Source: the human T2T-CHM13v2.0 reference genome, Homo sapiens. Taken from it: DNA of 64,000 nt. Positions 23,751 to 37,259 of the stretch are shown in pieces (positions within the stretch are counted from its first letter, which is position 1; each line of letters opens with the position of its first letter). The stretch lies in assembly GCF_009914755.1 (NCBI RefSeq), contig NC_060939.1; one strand, written 5' to 3'. The position numbers were made by a program, and so were the translations under genes. Under the pieces are notes generated by a model that was given only the letters and a program-made list of their open reading frames with translations, did no database searches and had not been told where the DNA came from.

Positions 23751-25994
23751 GTTGCATCTTCTTGTTTCTAGGGCAGTAACTGGTTCACGCTGGGAACTCA
23801 GCGGGAATTGAGGAAGGCATGAGGTTGTCGCTAGTCATTATTTGCAGGGGGATGGCAGTCTACTCAGGGACTCTTGCTGCACATGACAGCACACCCCCTC
23901 CCCGCCCCCGCCCCATTTACCATCTCTAAGGGGTTCTGCTAAGGTCATCTGTCTACTCTGGAGCCCAGAATCCCTTTGTTCCTCCCTCTTCCACTGTTAG
24001 TATTTCGACAGGTTTTCCTCTAGGCTTTTTGGTGCAGGTCACTCAGATGTCTGCAGGCCACCCTAGCCCAAGCAGTCACTTTGTTTCTCCGGCTCTGCCC
24101 TGCCCGTCAAATCTACACACACGCTTCCTGGAGTCCTGTGGGTATGTCTCGTGTGTGCTCACAAGCCAGGCAGTTTGATCCTGTGTAGCATCTGTCATGT
24201 TTTAGTGTTGCCCCTGGTGATGTCCATGTCTGAGACCTCAGATGTTGAGGCGGGGTGAAAATGCCTCACCGTCACCTCCGCTGAGAGCAGCAACACCTCC
24301 AGGTGCCAAAGGGATATGCAGCCAGCCAGCCACGAAGCTGCCATGCGGGGTTCTGCCAAGAAGGCTGAGAATGCGCCTGTTCTCCATTCTACATGACAGT
24401 TGGTAACCCGGACACCAGAACAACTGGCTGACCGCTGCTTGAAAACAGTGCCCAGTGTCCACCTGTAGCTCTCACTCCTTCAGGCTTGGTCTGTGAATTT
24501 GGGCTGGGATCCAAATGTTGGGGGCAGGTGATGCAGGCTCCCCAATACCCCACCCCTCTGGGGTGCACACACTCAGGGCACTTCTCCCCCAAACCTTCAT
24601 GGAAACCAGCACATGGAAATTGTGACCTCACCTCACAAGATAAGCAAGCAGGCTTAAAAATACCTAGATCCTTATATGAACGTAGCTCAGGTGCTGACTT
24701 CACTCTAGTGTAGAGGGTGATTTTAATTTTGTATGAATTATAATCAATGTGCTTTCCATTTTGAGTGCTTTTTTTTACTCTACATTGTAAGCATGTTCAT
24801 ATTATTACAGTCTTCATAGGCAGAATTCTTAGCAGCTCCTTGATAGTTCAATAAGGAGATGCACCCCTTTTCCTGAGCACCCCCTATTATTGGACATTTA
24901 GCTTATTTCCAGATTGTTGCTATTTTTAATGATGTGCATGGAACATCACCATATATTGGGCTATTAGTGCATATTTTCAGAATAAGAATGACCAACTTGA
25001 GAAGTATAAAAGAGTTTGATCCATTAAGTTTAATTGCCATCCAACTAGTTTGTAGCAACTCACAAGTCCACCAATATTTTCCATGGGTAGGTACCAGATC
25101 CTTAACCGTAATTGCTATAGGATCTGCCTGGCTGGATTACCTCTCTTCATAATGACAAGAATGATTCTTGAAGCTCAGGGTTTTATAAAGAGAAAAGGGA
25201 ATTAGTTAAGGACTGAATGCAGACCATAGAATCAACTGCATAGAGTTTCTAACCAACCATTTAAACATACATATAGATCTAAAATAACAAACTATATATA
25301 GCTATAGCGCCTGTGGGGATCTTGTGTCAATGGCACTCTCACCTCCTAGGATGCATGAGTGAGGAAGAAATACCTTACTTAGCCTGGTAAGGTGAGGCCC
25401 TACCACTGCTCTGGAACACCCTTCTGTCATCTGTAGGGGGGATTACCCTCTGCTTCTCCATGCCCACCTTGGCCCCCATTCTGACCGATCCACACTGTAG
25501 CAGATGCTCCCTCACCTGTATTGGGAATGGCCTGACAATGGCATAAGAGTTCTTACTCTAAAGTTGCGCAAAAGCTACGCTTCAGGGGCGGGGCCTTCAT
25601 CAGCTGTATTTCTGAAGTTTTGTTTGCTTTTGCTCCTATTTGCTACTATTCAGACCTGCTGCAAAAGCTGAAAGTGTGACTGTCCTCTAGTTTAGCAATT
25701 ATGTCTTCTGCAGGTCCCTGGTACACAATGGCCGTCTCTCTTTTTTTTTTTTTATTTTTTTTGCATTTTGGTAGTAGGAGGTGTGTGTGGACCTTCCCAG
25801 CTATTTACAGGAGGAGGAAATCTACTTCTTCTACATACATGGTACCCAAATTCATACTAAGCTGTTTTCTAGGTTGCTTAAGTGCACCCTCCCACCCAGC
25901 GCAGCAGCCCTGTGCCCTGTGTATGTGTGGGGAGGGAGGTTTAACTCTTTCATGCTACACCTACGTAGTCTATGAACTAAGGTGATAACTTATA

Positions 25995-26327
25995 CAGATG
26001 GTCCCCAACTTCTGATGGTGCAACGTCATGACATATTGACTTTATGATGATGTGAAACAGTTGCAATTTTGATGTAATGTACAGTATTCAATTCAATAAA
26101 TGACAGATATTCAGCACTTTATTATAAAATAGGCTTTGTGTTAGATGGCTTTGTCCAATGGTAGGCTAACCTAAGTGTTCTGAGCAAGTTTAAGGTAGGC
26201 TATGCTAAGCCAAGATGTTCAGTAGGTTGGGTGTATTAAATACATTTTATAGTTACAATATTTTCAACTTGCAGTGGGCTTACTGGGACATCACCTCATA
26301 ACCCCATCATAAGTCAAGGAGCATCTG
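25995..26327 (-). mobile_element. MER47A-like TcMar-Tigger MITE
   Basis: TIRs cagatggtccccaacttctgatgg / ccatcataagtcaaggagcatctg flanked by TA on both sides. Confidence 0.88.
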
Positions 26328-26604
26328 TACCTGGTTAATAGAAGGAGGGTCCACCCCCCGACAGGTGGCCATTTTCCTTTTTGAATGGGACAATTCTTAT
26401 GATGAATCATATTTAACAATAAAAAGCAAAGCTATAATGGAATGACAGGCTGAAAGACAAGGACCCAAATCACTCCATAGAGGCACATCTCATTTTGGGG
26501 CCATTTTTTGGTCATCCTTGGAGGTGATGGGAAAGGTAGTAATTTCCTACTTGATGGGTTGCATCAATGACCACAGGTACCTGTCAAAGGATCAGGACCA
26601 GGTG

Positions 26605-26850
26605 AACAGTTTAGCATAGTGACTAAGTCAGACTGGAGTCAGGATGCCTGGACTCAAGTCTTGGTTCCTCCACATGTAGCTGTGTGACTTTGGTAGAATC
26701 ACTTTCTGGGCTTCAGTTGGCTCATGTGTAATCTAGAATAACAATATCGACTTAATAATGCTGCAGAAATTAAATAAGATACTCAGTGTAAAGTGCTGAA
26801 TGCAGTGCCTGGCATATAGTCGGGACCTAACAATTGCTGGCTATTACTGT
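26605..26850 (+). mobile_element. MIR
   Basis: tagcatagtgactaag...tagctgtgtgactttgg...gtgtaaagtgctgaatgcagtgcctggcatatagt. Confidence 0.8.
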
Positions 26851-27589
26851 AGTTGTGAGCATCTCATTCTCCAAATCCCCTCCCCAATGCTCCAGCAGTA
26901 ATTGCACACCAGGTACGGTGTCTTACAACTCACAGATGACTTTCACTCCATTAACCCTTTGGATTCTCATAATTATGGAGGAGGAGAGTTGTTTTTTATT
27001 CTCCTGCTCTTGCTATATCATCCTCATCTCTAAAATGTGAACAGTTCCACCTCCCACCCTCCTTACAGGGCTGCAGTAAGAATGCCACAAGAAGGTCGAT
27101 GTTAATTACATGGTAAGGTCTACAACATCATACAAATGGAAGTTACGTGAGCATTTGGAGCTGCCATTAGAGCCTGCCCTTTTACAAAGCCAAATATTTT
27201 ATCTAACCACATAATAAGTTTCACAGACACGAGCTGCTGCTCCGTCTTCATCCATGATCTTGCACTTGAAGGGCACGTGGCAGACCAAAACAAGGAGAAA
27301 TGCTGTATTCGAGTAGACTTGGATTTGTTCCTCTGTGACTTTGAGCAAGTTACTGAATCTCTTTAAGATTCAGCTTCCTCTTCTTTAAAGTCAAGTGGTA
27401 CCATCTATGTCACAGAGTTATTATAAAATTTCAGTGAAATAATTTAGGTAAAATACCTGCCCATTTATTCAACAAATATTTACTGAGCATCTACTATGTG
27501 CTAGAAATGATTATAGGCAGTAGGAATAGGGTGCTGAACAGAGATGGGGGCCCTGTCCCCTTGGAGTGGGGGAAACAGATCAGACCATA

Positions 27590-28200
27590 TATAATTGAAG
27601 TGCTTTCTGCTGCAAGTAACACAAAACTTGACTCCAAACAGCTTTGATAGCCCAGGTATTTAACATCTCATATAACATATTCAAAGACTATATATAAGAC
27701 TAGCCCAGGGTTGGTGAGTTCACCAGCTCATCTATGCTATGAAGGGTAATCTTTCCATCTTTCTGCTCTGCCATCCTCAGCTTACCTATGTTTGTCTCCA
27801 GGCTAGTGTCCTCATGGTCACAAGATGGCTGCTGAAGCTCCAGGCTGGCATCCTCACATGGCAAGGGTAAAAGGCCAGCCATGCAAAGGACCTTTCTTGA
27901 TGTCCATTTTTCGTTTTCCTTAAGGTGAAATTCACATGACATAAAAAGGACTCATTTTAAAGTGTACAATACGGCAGCATTTAGTACGTTCACAATATTG
28001 TGCAACCACCACCCACATCAAGGTCCAAAACATTAGTATCACCCTAAAAGGAAATTCCTAAGAAACCTTTCCCAGAAGCTCAGAAGATGTGCCCTCAAGT
28101 CTCATCAACCCAAATTGAGTCACCTGATCGTTCTTAAACTTGTCACTGGCAAGGAGTGTGAGTGTGGGATTATTATGATTGGCCAGTCAGAAGTCCTTTC
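27590..28200 (-). mobile_element. MLT1I/J-like LTR interrupted by an antisense L1M 3' end (~27910-28058)
   Basis: ctcatggtcacaagatggctgctgaagctccagg MLT1 motif; cattttaaagtgtacaat...ttcacaatattgtgcaaccacc L1 tail. Confidence 0.65.
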
Positions 28201-28299
28201 TGCCCAGCAGCCCCTGAAGCCCAAAACTACTGTATTCTTGTAAAAAGGAATAATGAGATTGTTGGCCCAGAGTGAAGCAAATAATAGATACCTAATGTA

Positions 28300-28720
28300 T
28301 GCTTCTCTCCCATATTAATGAATGTTAGATGAGCAGGCAGAGCACACTCCAGCCTGCCAAAATGAAAAAATAAAATGTAACCAAAACAGCCCCTCCAAGC
28401 CTATGCCCAGTTAATTTTCAGTGCTTGGAGAAGGCATCTTTGCCACGAAAGAACAGCACACACTGTTTCGGAGATGGCAGAGGAATCGGCATCTGGAGCC
28501 TGGATGTCTTGCCAGCCTCTCATGAATTAGCCAATTACACTGCTTTTCTGATCTTTTTCACTACCCTAAACCGACTGCTCTTCTATTCCTTTTAAAAAAT
28601 GTTACTCAGAAACAGTAGACCATAGTATGCATTTTGAGACGCCTGTTTGCAATCACATTTCCTTTTATGCAACTATTTTGAAGCTTGTTTACAGGCGCTA
28701 CCTAGAAAGCTAAGATGGTA
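28300..28720. promoter_or_regulatory. Candidate conserved non-coding island
   Basis: Repeat-free; ATTAAT, GAATTAG, CAATTA, TGTTTAC and TGTTTGC motifs. Confidence 0.25.
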
Positions 28721-29534
28721 TAGCTAACACCTGCACAAAACCTTTCCCACGCTTCATCCTAAAGGATGTGCTTCCCTTTCTTCCTTGCATTATGGTAACT
28801 TGTGAGAATGGTGCACTGTCCTTACTTGTCTGACAGTGCCTCAGGTGCAAGGAACATTCCAGATTATCCCTACGGCTCCTACCAAGATAAATGACTAATT
28901 AAGTTGGCACCTCCCCTCCTGTCTCTCTGGGGGTCAGGCTGCCCCTGGTTGCTCCAGGCAACAGGATGGGCCAGAGAGTCCCATAACAGGGAAGCAAAAG
29001 CAATAGCTTAGTGAAACAGGGATGGTGACTCATCTCTCATTTCAGAGATTGATGTATTTGTTCACTTAGCAAATATCAGTGGAGGTCAAAAATATGCCCA
29101 ACACTGTGCTAGGCACCAGGCACACAACAGTGCTGCATGGACCCTACCTCCCTGGAGCTCAACGTCCACACTAGTCAAACAACCTTCCAAATATACAACT
29201 ACACACTGTGGGAAATTAATATGTTTGCAACATTCAACTGGCCGAGTCCATTACCAAGAAAAACAATAATAGGAGAGATAATGAATAGTCTCAATGTCAG
29301 ACAATTGCAAATGCACACAGAATCCAGATAAGGGGCCAATTGGCCATGACTCCTCCCATTAGTCCTTTTCATGTGCCTTTGAGGCTGCCTCCAAGGAAGT
29401 CCAGACTCTTTCCTTCTCAACGTGTTTTGAGTGGTAGTCTTTTGCCATAGCTCATTTGCAAATATCTCTTTTCATAGCTGCATAAGTACGTGATAAAGTA
29501 AGTGTTGTAAAATCTTGATGGTAGAATCAGAGTT

Positions 29535-29879
29535 AAGGGTCAGCAAACCTTTTCTTAAAAGGCCAGACAGTAAGTATCTCCCACATTTTGCAGGCCGTAT
29601 GGTCTCTGTTGCAACCACACAACTCTGCAGTTGCATCATGAAAGCCGCCGTAGACAATTCATAAACAAATAGGCCTGGCTGTTTCCAGTGAGATTCTATT
29701 TATGGACACTTCTATTTGAATTTCATATAATATTCACATGCCACAAAATATCATTCTTCTATAGATTTCTTTTCTTCAACCACTTAAAAACCATTTAAGA
29801 ATCATTCTTGGTTTGCAGACCATACAAAAGTAGGAGGTGGGCGGGATTTGGCCGATGGACCATAGTTTGCCTGTCCATG
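29535..29879 (-). mobile_element. MER58B-like hAT-Charlie MITE within an old L1 fragment
   Basis: gggtcagcaaaccttttcttaaaaggccagacagtaa ... gatttggccgatggaccatagtttgcc. Confidence 0.85.
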
Positions 29880-32800
29880 ATCCGGGTGGTGGGGATGTGG
29901 GTATTCTTTCAATTCTTTGAGGTATTTGAAATTTTCCATATAAAATGTTGGGAAATTGTCTTTTCTAAGTCAATGGCTTGTCTTTTAGCTTTGTTTTGAT
30001 GTTTCATTATTTAAAAATAATTTTTGGGGGGAGCATGCTATTTATTTGTAGCCAGCTAAACTTGCCAACCTTTTCCTTTGTGGTTTGTGATTTTGTATCT
30101 TGCTAAGGAATCTTTCCTACCCTGGCATCACCTAGCTATGCTCCTATATTTTCTGTAATCCAGCTGGAATTTACCTGTGTGTGTAATGAGAGCTCAGAGC
30201 AGAACCGTCCCATTTCCACGAGGACACTCAGTCACCCTGTGCCCTTCGTTACTGGTAGGTCCTTTCCTGCTGATTGGGAAGTTTGTCTCAGCCACCTGCC
30301 GGGTGCTCTGCATGGATAGATGTGACTCTGGACTGTCTCCCTGTCCCTTTGTCCATCGCTGGGACACTTCTCTTTGTTCCTCTCCTCACCGGGGATGGCG
30401 ACAGCCTTCCTGCCTCTGGTCAGGAGTCCTCATGGTCTGCCCTGAGAGGGTCTCAGGTCTTTAGGTCTCAGATAGGCTTCAGGGAAGACCTTGGTTATGC
30501 AAAGCTTTTTGTATAGCATCACTTTGCTGCTGTATTAAGCTGACGTAGAGACTGTCCTGACTTTACTCTGTCTAACCAGTGCCCCTCCCCACCAGGGGCA
30601 AGGAGGAGGAAATAAAAGCAGGGATTGAGGTGAGAAAAGGAAGCTCTGGTCTTTCCACAGAAGAAAGCCACCAGGGAGCCCTCACCGCCCCCTTGCAGGC
30701 CATATGGAGCTGTGAGGGACTGTCCTGCACCTCCTGCCTCCCCCATGGAGGGTCCCAGGCGGGCTGCTTTCCTAGGGCCCCAGTCTCCTCGCCTGCGAAA
30801 GGGAGGGATGAGCCTGGGCTTCTTAGGTCTCAGAGCCCACCAGCATTCGGCCTGACTCATTGAGGACCGCCCCTTTCAGTCACTGACCTCCTCATAGTCT
30901 CCCCAGGGTTTCTCCTACCTCAAACCTCCCTCCTCAGGGCACAAAGCTGAGCATGACGGGCCTCTGTGGTGGGAGCGACCCTGTCTTTGGTTTCCTGGCC
31001 TCTCTGCCATCCCTTTGTCCTCTTGAATTCAAAGCCCTTCCTCCCATCCTCTCCTCACCCCTCAGTTTCTCCAGCAGCACCCACATTCTTTCAGTTTATC
31101 CCCTCTCCACTGCCCCCCAACTGAATGTGGACTCTCAGGGGATACAGGCAGGACCCTGATCTTGAGGTCCCAACTCTGCCATGAAAGTGCCCTGTAACCT
31201 GGGAGAGACCCTTCCCTTCTGCAGGCTTGTTTCTCCATTTTTCTCCTGGTAAAATAAATTTTTATCCAGAGGATGTAAAATTTCAGCCTACAATTCCAGC
31301 CCTGAAAAAGTCCTCATTGCAAACCTGAGCTCAGAGCAGCCCTCCTTTCCCCTCCTGCAATAGGCCTTCCCTTTCCAGACAAGCCCACTCTCTGCAGCCA
31401 TTGGATACTGGGGAGGGAGCTGGGGGTAAATATGGACTCCCAGGATTGTCTTGGCCAGCCTCCTTCACCATCGCTGCATCCCCTTGGCTTGCACCTAAAT
31501 TAAAACAGGTGTCTGAGCTCACGAAAACATCCTGGCAGAGTCCAGCTGTAACACAGGAAGGGAGGCAGCCACCTCCATGGCGGGGGGACACATCTCTTTA
31601 TCCTGTTCCCTGCACCTTCCATTTAATTAGGCAGTGGGGTCTCTGTTGCCAAACCCAGCCCCTCCAACTGCCAGACTCATGGAAACTCTGCTTTGTAATC
31701 ACAAAGAAAATATTAGAAGGGAGGGCCACTCACAGCCTGGGAGCTCCTGGGGGCTGGCTGCCACCTCCGCAGCTTAGCTCCCCATTCGAGGCACCCCATC
31801 CTCACTGGTTGCCTTCCCCTGAGCACCCGCATGGTCCCACCCCACATCTTGGTTCCCTAGTGGGGTGGTCATCCCCCACATGGGAGGGGATCTTCTCATA
31901 AGAGTTCTGGGACAGGGCCCAGCTAATCCTCTTCTTGGGTGGAATCAGAGGATTTGAGTCTTTGATGCAATTCTTTCTGGGAGGAGGAAGGGAGGGGAAG
32001 CTGTGCTGCTGAATGGGACAGAAAATAGCCCAAGCAGGCCCAGTGCAGACCCCAGAGGGGAGCACTGATGGATGATCCGGCCAGAGCAGGGGAGGGGACG
32101 CCTGCTCCTGGGGTTTTTTCAGTGTTAGACTCAGTAGTTTTCAAAAGATAGAAACTGGAAGAGTCGTTGAGGTGTGATTAAGACGGACCTGGATTCACTT
32201 CCTGCTGCACACGTAAGGAGTTGTAAGACTTTGGGGCCTGTGTTTTACCAGCATTAAGCCTCGGTTTTCTCATCCTTGAAGTGGGGATAAGAAGCATACC
32301 CCCCTTGCAGGGCTGCTGTGAGGGTTAGAATGAGAAAGCGCCACACAGGCTTTGTATAACATTATCATCACGTGTTAAATTTGGTTTCTCTTGACTTGTG
32401 TTTCCAACCTTACAGTAGGTACTCTGGGTGCCCTGCAAGGAACAATGAGAAGGGCATGCTTTTGAGATCCTCAAGAGGAAAAAGAGTGGAGTTGGCCCAT
32501 GCAGGGATTAGACTTCAGTGGGTGGGTCCCCAGGCAGTGAGTGTTCTCACCCAGCTCCACCATGGCACAACTCCAGAAGGTATGGTCCTGGGAAGACTCG
32601 AGGAGGCTGGCGCTTGCTTGGCAGCTGCCTGCCTAGTGAAGACCCCATGCCCTTCATGCAGCCTAGAGGTGGGGAATGGCTGGGAGCCCGGGGATCTTAG
32701 GAGCTCACCCAGAACAGTACCTGATGGCCTGCCTCCAAGGCCCCTCCTTCAGTTCTGGAAACACATGAGATGCAGGAACCTAAAGTTCCCTAGTGGGGAG

Positions 32801-34279
32801 GGGATAAGGGATGGGATGGCAAGAATAACTGATAAAACTCCTCACCACACTGGAATGTTGAACCACAGACTCAGATTTAAGATGACGGGAATAAAGAAGT
32901 GTGTTTCTTATACATCTGCACTTAAGGACTCAGATTCCTGTTAGCACAGACAGAAAGTATTTATTAGCAAGCCCAGAACAGAGTAAATTTTCAGTACATG
33001 AGAGCGATTCTCAGGGTTCCTCTGCAGAATGGGATATCACAGTGTTGATGTGAGGGGTAAGGAAGCTGTTTATTTATTTTCAGTACTTGGAACAGCCTGG
33101 CACATAAATAGCATCATGGAAGTATTTGCTGTCAATCTTTAATTATTTAATTTCAGTTCACTTCCTCCTTGTACAGGAAGGGCTCAAGGACTGGAGGGCT
33201 GTTTTGCTGAGGTTGAACAAGGGCATGTGCTGAAGGACCTGTGGTGTTCCCACCACCACATTAGCAATGCCACTGTTGCAGATTAATCTACTGCATGGCA
33301 CTGGTGGAGGGTCAGTAAGCATCTTTGGGCAGCTGCCCACATACCTGGGGGGCAGAAAGAATTCAGTGGAACTGGCGATGATTTTAAATAGGATGAATTT
33401 GTCCTCCAAGGTGGTCGTGGTTTGACCTCACGTTGGCTGGGGAGAGGGGGCAGAGAGTTTCGTATGCCTTTGCCATATGCTGTCATCTGTCAGTGCTCAG
33501 AGGGGACAAGTGACCTGGGCCAGGTGGTGCCCTGAATCAGCACCAGCCAGGGTGAGACTTAGGATGATAAAGAGCACTGGAGGCGAGCGAGACACCACCC
33601 TGCCTGTCTGCAAAGATGCCGAGAAGTCCAAAGAGATGGCATTCAGGCGAAATGGAGACACAATCTGAGAATTAAAACCCTTAGAGTGAACCACAACCAG
33701 TTTGGAGCCTGGAGGGGAGCAGGTGTGGCAAGGGGACTAAGGTGTGAGCAGGTAGCATCTATATGTGAGTCAGGCTGCTAGGACAAAGCCAAGCTGGCGA
33801 TTGTAAAAGAGGAGACCAGACGCAGGCAGGGCCAGCCCTTAGGAAACAGTCCTTACTCTCTCCTAGCTCTGCGCCCTGGGCCCCTCCAAGGCTCAGCTGA
33901 CTCAGCCAAGTCTGTGTCCCTTCTTAGAGCCTAACTCTGTTCCTCAGCCCTCCCGCCCAGTGACACTTCGTAGGACTCATTGCCCAGGAATCCTGCTCAG
34001 TCATTGCATTGCCCGGCTCTGACCTGGGATTTCACAGATCAGTGACATTCAAAATGCAATATAATGGGACACCAGCGTAAGAGGCCAACTGTTTCCTTTG
34101 CCAAGTAAGGTCATTTTCAAAACCTCATTATTCCCATTGTTCTATAAATAAGGGGATTCTTTTTTACTATCTGAATATTGGAAAGACATAACCTTGGAGT
34201 TGTCCTTGACGACCCTTCTCTCCCACCCACATCCAGGCTCTCAGCAGGCCCCAGCTGCTCTGCCTAGACTGCATCCAGG

Positions 34280-34900
34280 TTTGGTTGGGATGCTCTTTAA
34301 GAAAAAGAACGTCAAATGCCAAAAAGAAAATTAGACATGAGACTGAGTATTAGAGTAAGAAATCACAACACATCACAAATCACATTTTAAAAAGCTGGTG
34401 AAAACACAAACGTGACAAAATCCAGGAAAAAAAACCTCACTATATTTCATTGTGTTCACTGATATGCCATTAAGACACTTTTTTCTTGTATTTTTGACTG
34501 CATAGTCTTTGATTCTTCTCTTCTTATGTCAATAATTTTGTGTTTCTTTAAATAGAGAGAATAGAAGGCCCGTTCTGTCTTCCTTTTGGGATTGGCCATG
34601 GCATTTTATTTTATATTATTGATCATTTGGAGAACTTTTCTGTCAGCTTCATAACTCATTGCTCTTAGGTAATGCAATTTTTAAGACTGATGCCAAATTT
34701 GGGAAACCGTCTATCAGATTCTCTTCCTATATGAGCTGTCAATGTATCGTGCGTTCATAATTGCATGCAAAGGATTATGGAGTGTATTCCAGATAGGAAA
34801 GAATTTTTTTTTGGCCAGACAGCGATGAGAACCAGACCCCCCACTTAGAAGTATACATAGCTGATGACAGCAAGAATTTTCCTTAGACAAGCTTCCTGCT
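34280..34900. mobile_element. Ancient AT-rich DNA-transposon relic (hAT-Tip100, Zaphod/Arthur-like, tentative)
   Basis: ctctttaagaaaaagaa...aaattag...agaaatcacaac pattern recalled from Tip100-family consensus. Confidence 0.3.
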
Positions 34901-35519
34901 CACTACATTCCAACCTTGTTTCTCCCCTACGAGGTTTGAATGTAATGAGCAGGAAGCCCGTCTAAGGAAAATTCTTCCTGATCTTTCTGATCCACAAACG
35001 TAATTTGGTTTTATCAAAAACTTCCTGCATTCTTCTTGCTTCTCTCACTCCGTTGCAGGCTGCAGTGAAAGCAGACTTCCTTGATGAGTCGGGGAAGTGG
35101 ATGATATCCCCGAGACCCTGGTGGCTAACCCTGGCATGCTGTAGTATCTTTTCAAGATGATTGCCTTCAACAAGGGAGAAAAAAAATTCTTCCCTGTGGA
35201 ATTCTGAGCACAAGGAAGACTGGCTGAGGGGAGAGTCCGTAGGGGGAGAGGCCTTGCAGGGCATGCCCACCGGCTTCCTGACCTGCCTGCCCCCACTGGC
35301 TCTGCCCTGGGCAACTCTGCCTGCTCCAGCCCTGCAGCCGAAAGGGCCACAGGGATTCACCCAAGAACTTGCCCCATGCCTGGATGAGAAGCCTCAGTGA
35401 TCCCTGATGATGTGGCCATGAGTCCAGGTACAGTCTCTCTCCACCTCCACCCCCAAATTTTGGAGAGTGATTTCCAGGTCTCTTCTTTTCTCTAAAAAGT
35501 AATAATAAGGCATTCTCGC

Positions 35520-35970
35520 TTGGGGAAAAAATGATTAAATTTCAAATTACTCTGCTTGCCAGATAAGATTGAAATCTCTGCATCCCAGCAGGCCGGAGAC
35601 CTGTTTTGCACACAGGAAGCTCCAACAGCAACTTATTTGCCACGTAGCGGGTTGACTGAAATGGAGCAGCGTGTTTAAAACTGCATTAAGGGCGGCAAAC
35701 ACGGTAATGAGGGCATTTGTTATACTGTAAGGAGGTTTCCAGAACATGGAAATTACCAACATGGCGATTATGATTGTGAACTCGGTGAGGGAAATCAAAT
35801 CCATCCACCGCCCCTCTTCTCCTCCCATTAAAAGGCAGAGAGTGAATAGGAACAAGAGGCCTTTCAGGGTCTTTGGGAGGGAGGAGTCCTGGAAAGTTAT
35901 TAAACACTTTAATAATGCGGGGAGTTGTGGCTTCAGCTCAGGTTTATGGGGGCTTTGATCAAATCCAGCC
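35520..35970. promoter_or_regulatory. Candidate developmental enhancer
   Basis: Repeat-free, CpG-retaining; TGATTAAAT 35532, AGATAA 35561, TTTATGG 35943, TCF/LEF CTTTGATC 35953-35960. Confidence 0.4.
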
Positions 35971-36182
35971 TCACAGCAGGGCCTGGTTCCCCAGGGAGAC
36001 CCAGGGGAGAAAAACCACAAGGCAGGAAAAGGCTGGCTGAGACCAGCCTCAGATTTCAAAGCTCCGTGCAGAGGACGTATTGTAACTGGCTGGTGGTTCC
36101 AGTTTTCTTCCAAATGGCTTGAGGGCAGGGCCCAGTGTCTCTTTGCCATTCAGACTTGTCACCAAACTCAGACTGGAAGCAA

Positions 36183-36219
36183 GTGTGTGTTTGTGTTTGT
36201 GTGTGTGTGTGTGTGTGTG
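36183..36219. repeat. (TG)n microsatellite
   Basis: Direct reading. Confidence 0.9.
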
Positions 36220-37044
36220 CATATGTGCAGAGGATATGCCAAAATCTAATGATGGGTATACATTGTTGACAGTTATGTACAGACAGGCCTGTGTGTGGTG
36301 TCCCCGCTCATACTTGAAAAGGCATCATTCCCAGAGTTGGTAAGATTGACATCTAATCACCACAGCCACTCAGCTTAATGTACTTAGCACCTTTGAGCCT
36401 CAGTTTCCCCATCTGTAACCTTACATCCCTTCCTCAGGAAAGCTTTCCTGATCACTCACACTAGTTGAGGTCCCCTGACAGCAATCCTGCATCTCCTTTA
36501 AATGGCATTTCTCACTCACACCCATCTTTCCTGAGCAGCAGCAAGCTCTGTGAGGCCAGCACCCACACAGGACCAGCCCTCAGTATATATTTAAGTCCCC
36601 CATCTCAAAAAGCTACTTTTATTCAAAAAAAATTAATTTTAGGCTGGAGAGAGTCTGTTTTAGTGAATTGATAACCACAGTAAGCATTGATGACAGCGCA
36701 GACATGATGGCACTTTTCGTTATGCCCCTGTACTTTGCATCAGGACTGGAGCCCTCTACCATTTACAGGGCCAGGAGCAAGAAGGTAAGTAGACATCCCA
36801 GCCCATGCTGGCTCCACCCCACTTTCATGCCTGTGGATATTCCCATCTATAGTCCATCTCCCCTGACAAACAACCACCCCTCGAGCCACCCCTTGGGCCC
36901 AGGGCCTGCAGTCATTGGTGGTGTGGTCAGACCTCAGGGAGACAGATACAGAAGAAGACTCGCTCAGGCCCAGGAAGCATGATTTGGGGGTCCTGGACTC
37001 CAGCTTGTGATCTAGAAGGAAAAGCCATCAGCTTGGAGTGAGCA

Positions 37045-37259
37045 GGGCCCCCTTACCCATGGATTCGTGGTCCCCTTCCCTAGTGCACTTCTATGCAGTG
37101 CAATGATGATCTTTACTTCCCCTTTATCTGTATATCCTGTGGACTCCTTCCCCACAGGGTGCAGAGTGGCCAGAGGTGGCCCTGGCTCCCCTTTTACCCA
37201 TGGATCCTATGGACCCCTTACCGCCAAGGTGCGGTGTGGCCAGAGGTGGCCCTGGCTCC
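37045..37259. repeat. Degenerate 70-bp tandem duplication
   Basis: 37134-37203 repeated at 37204-37259 (gtggccagaggtggccctggctcc identical in both); partial third copy at ~37045-37080. Confidence 0.85.
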
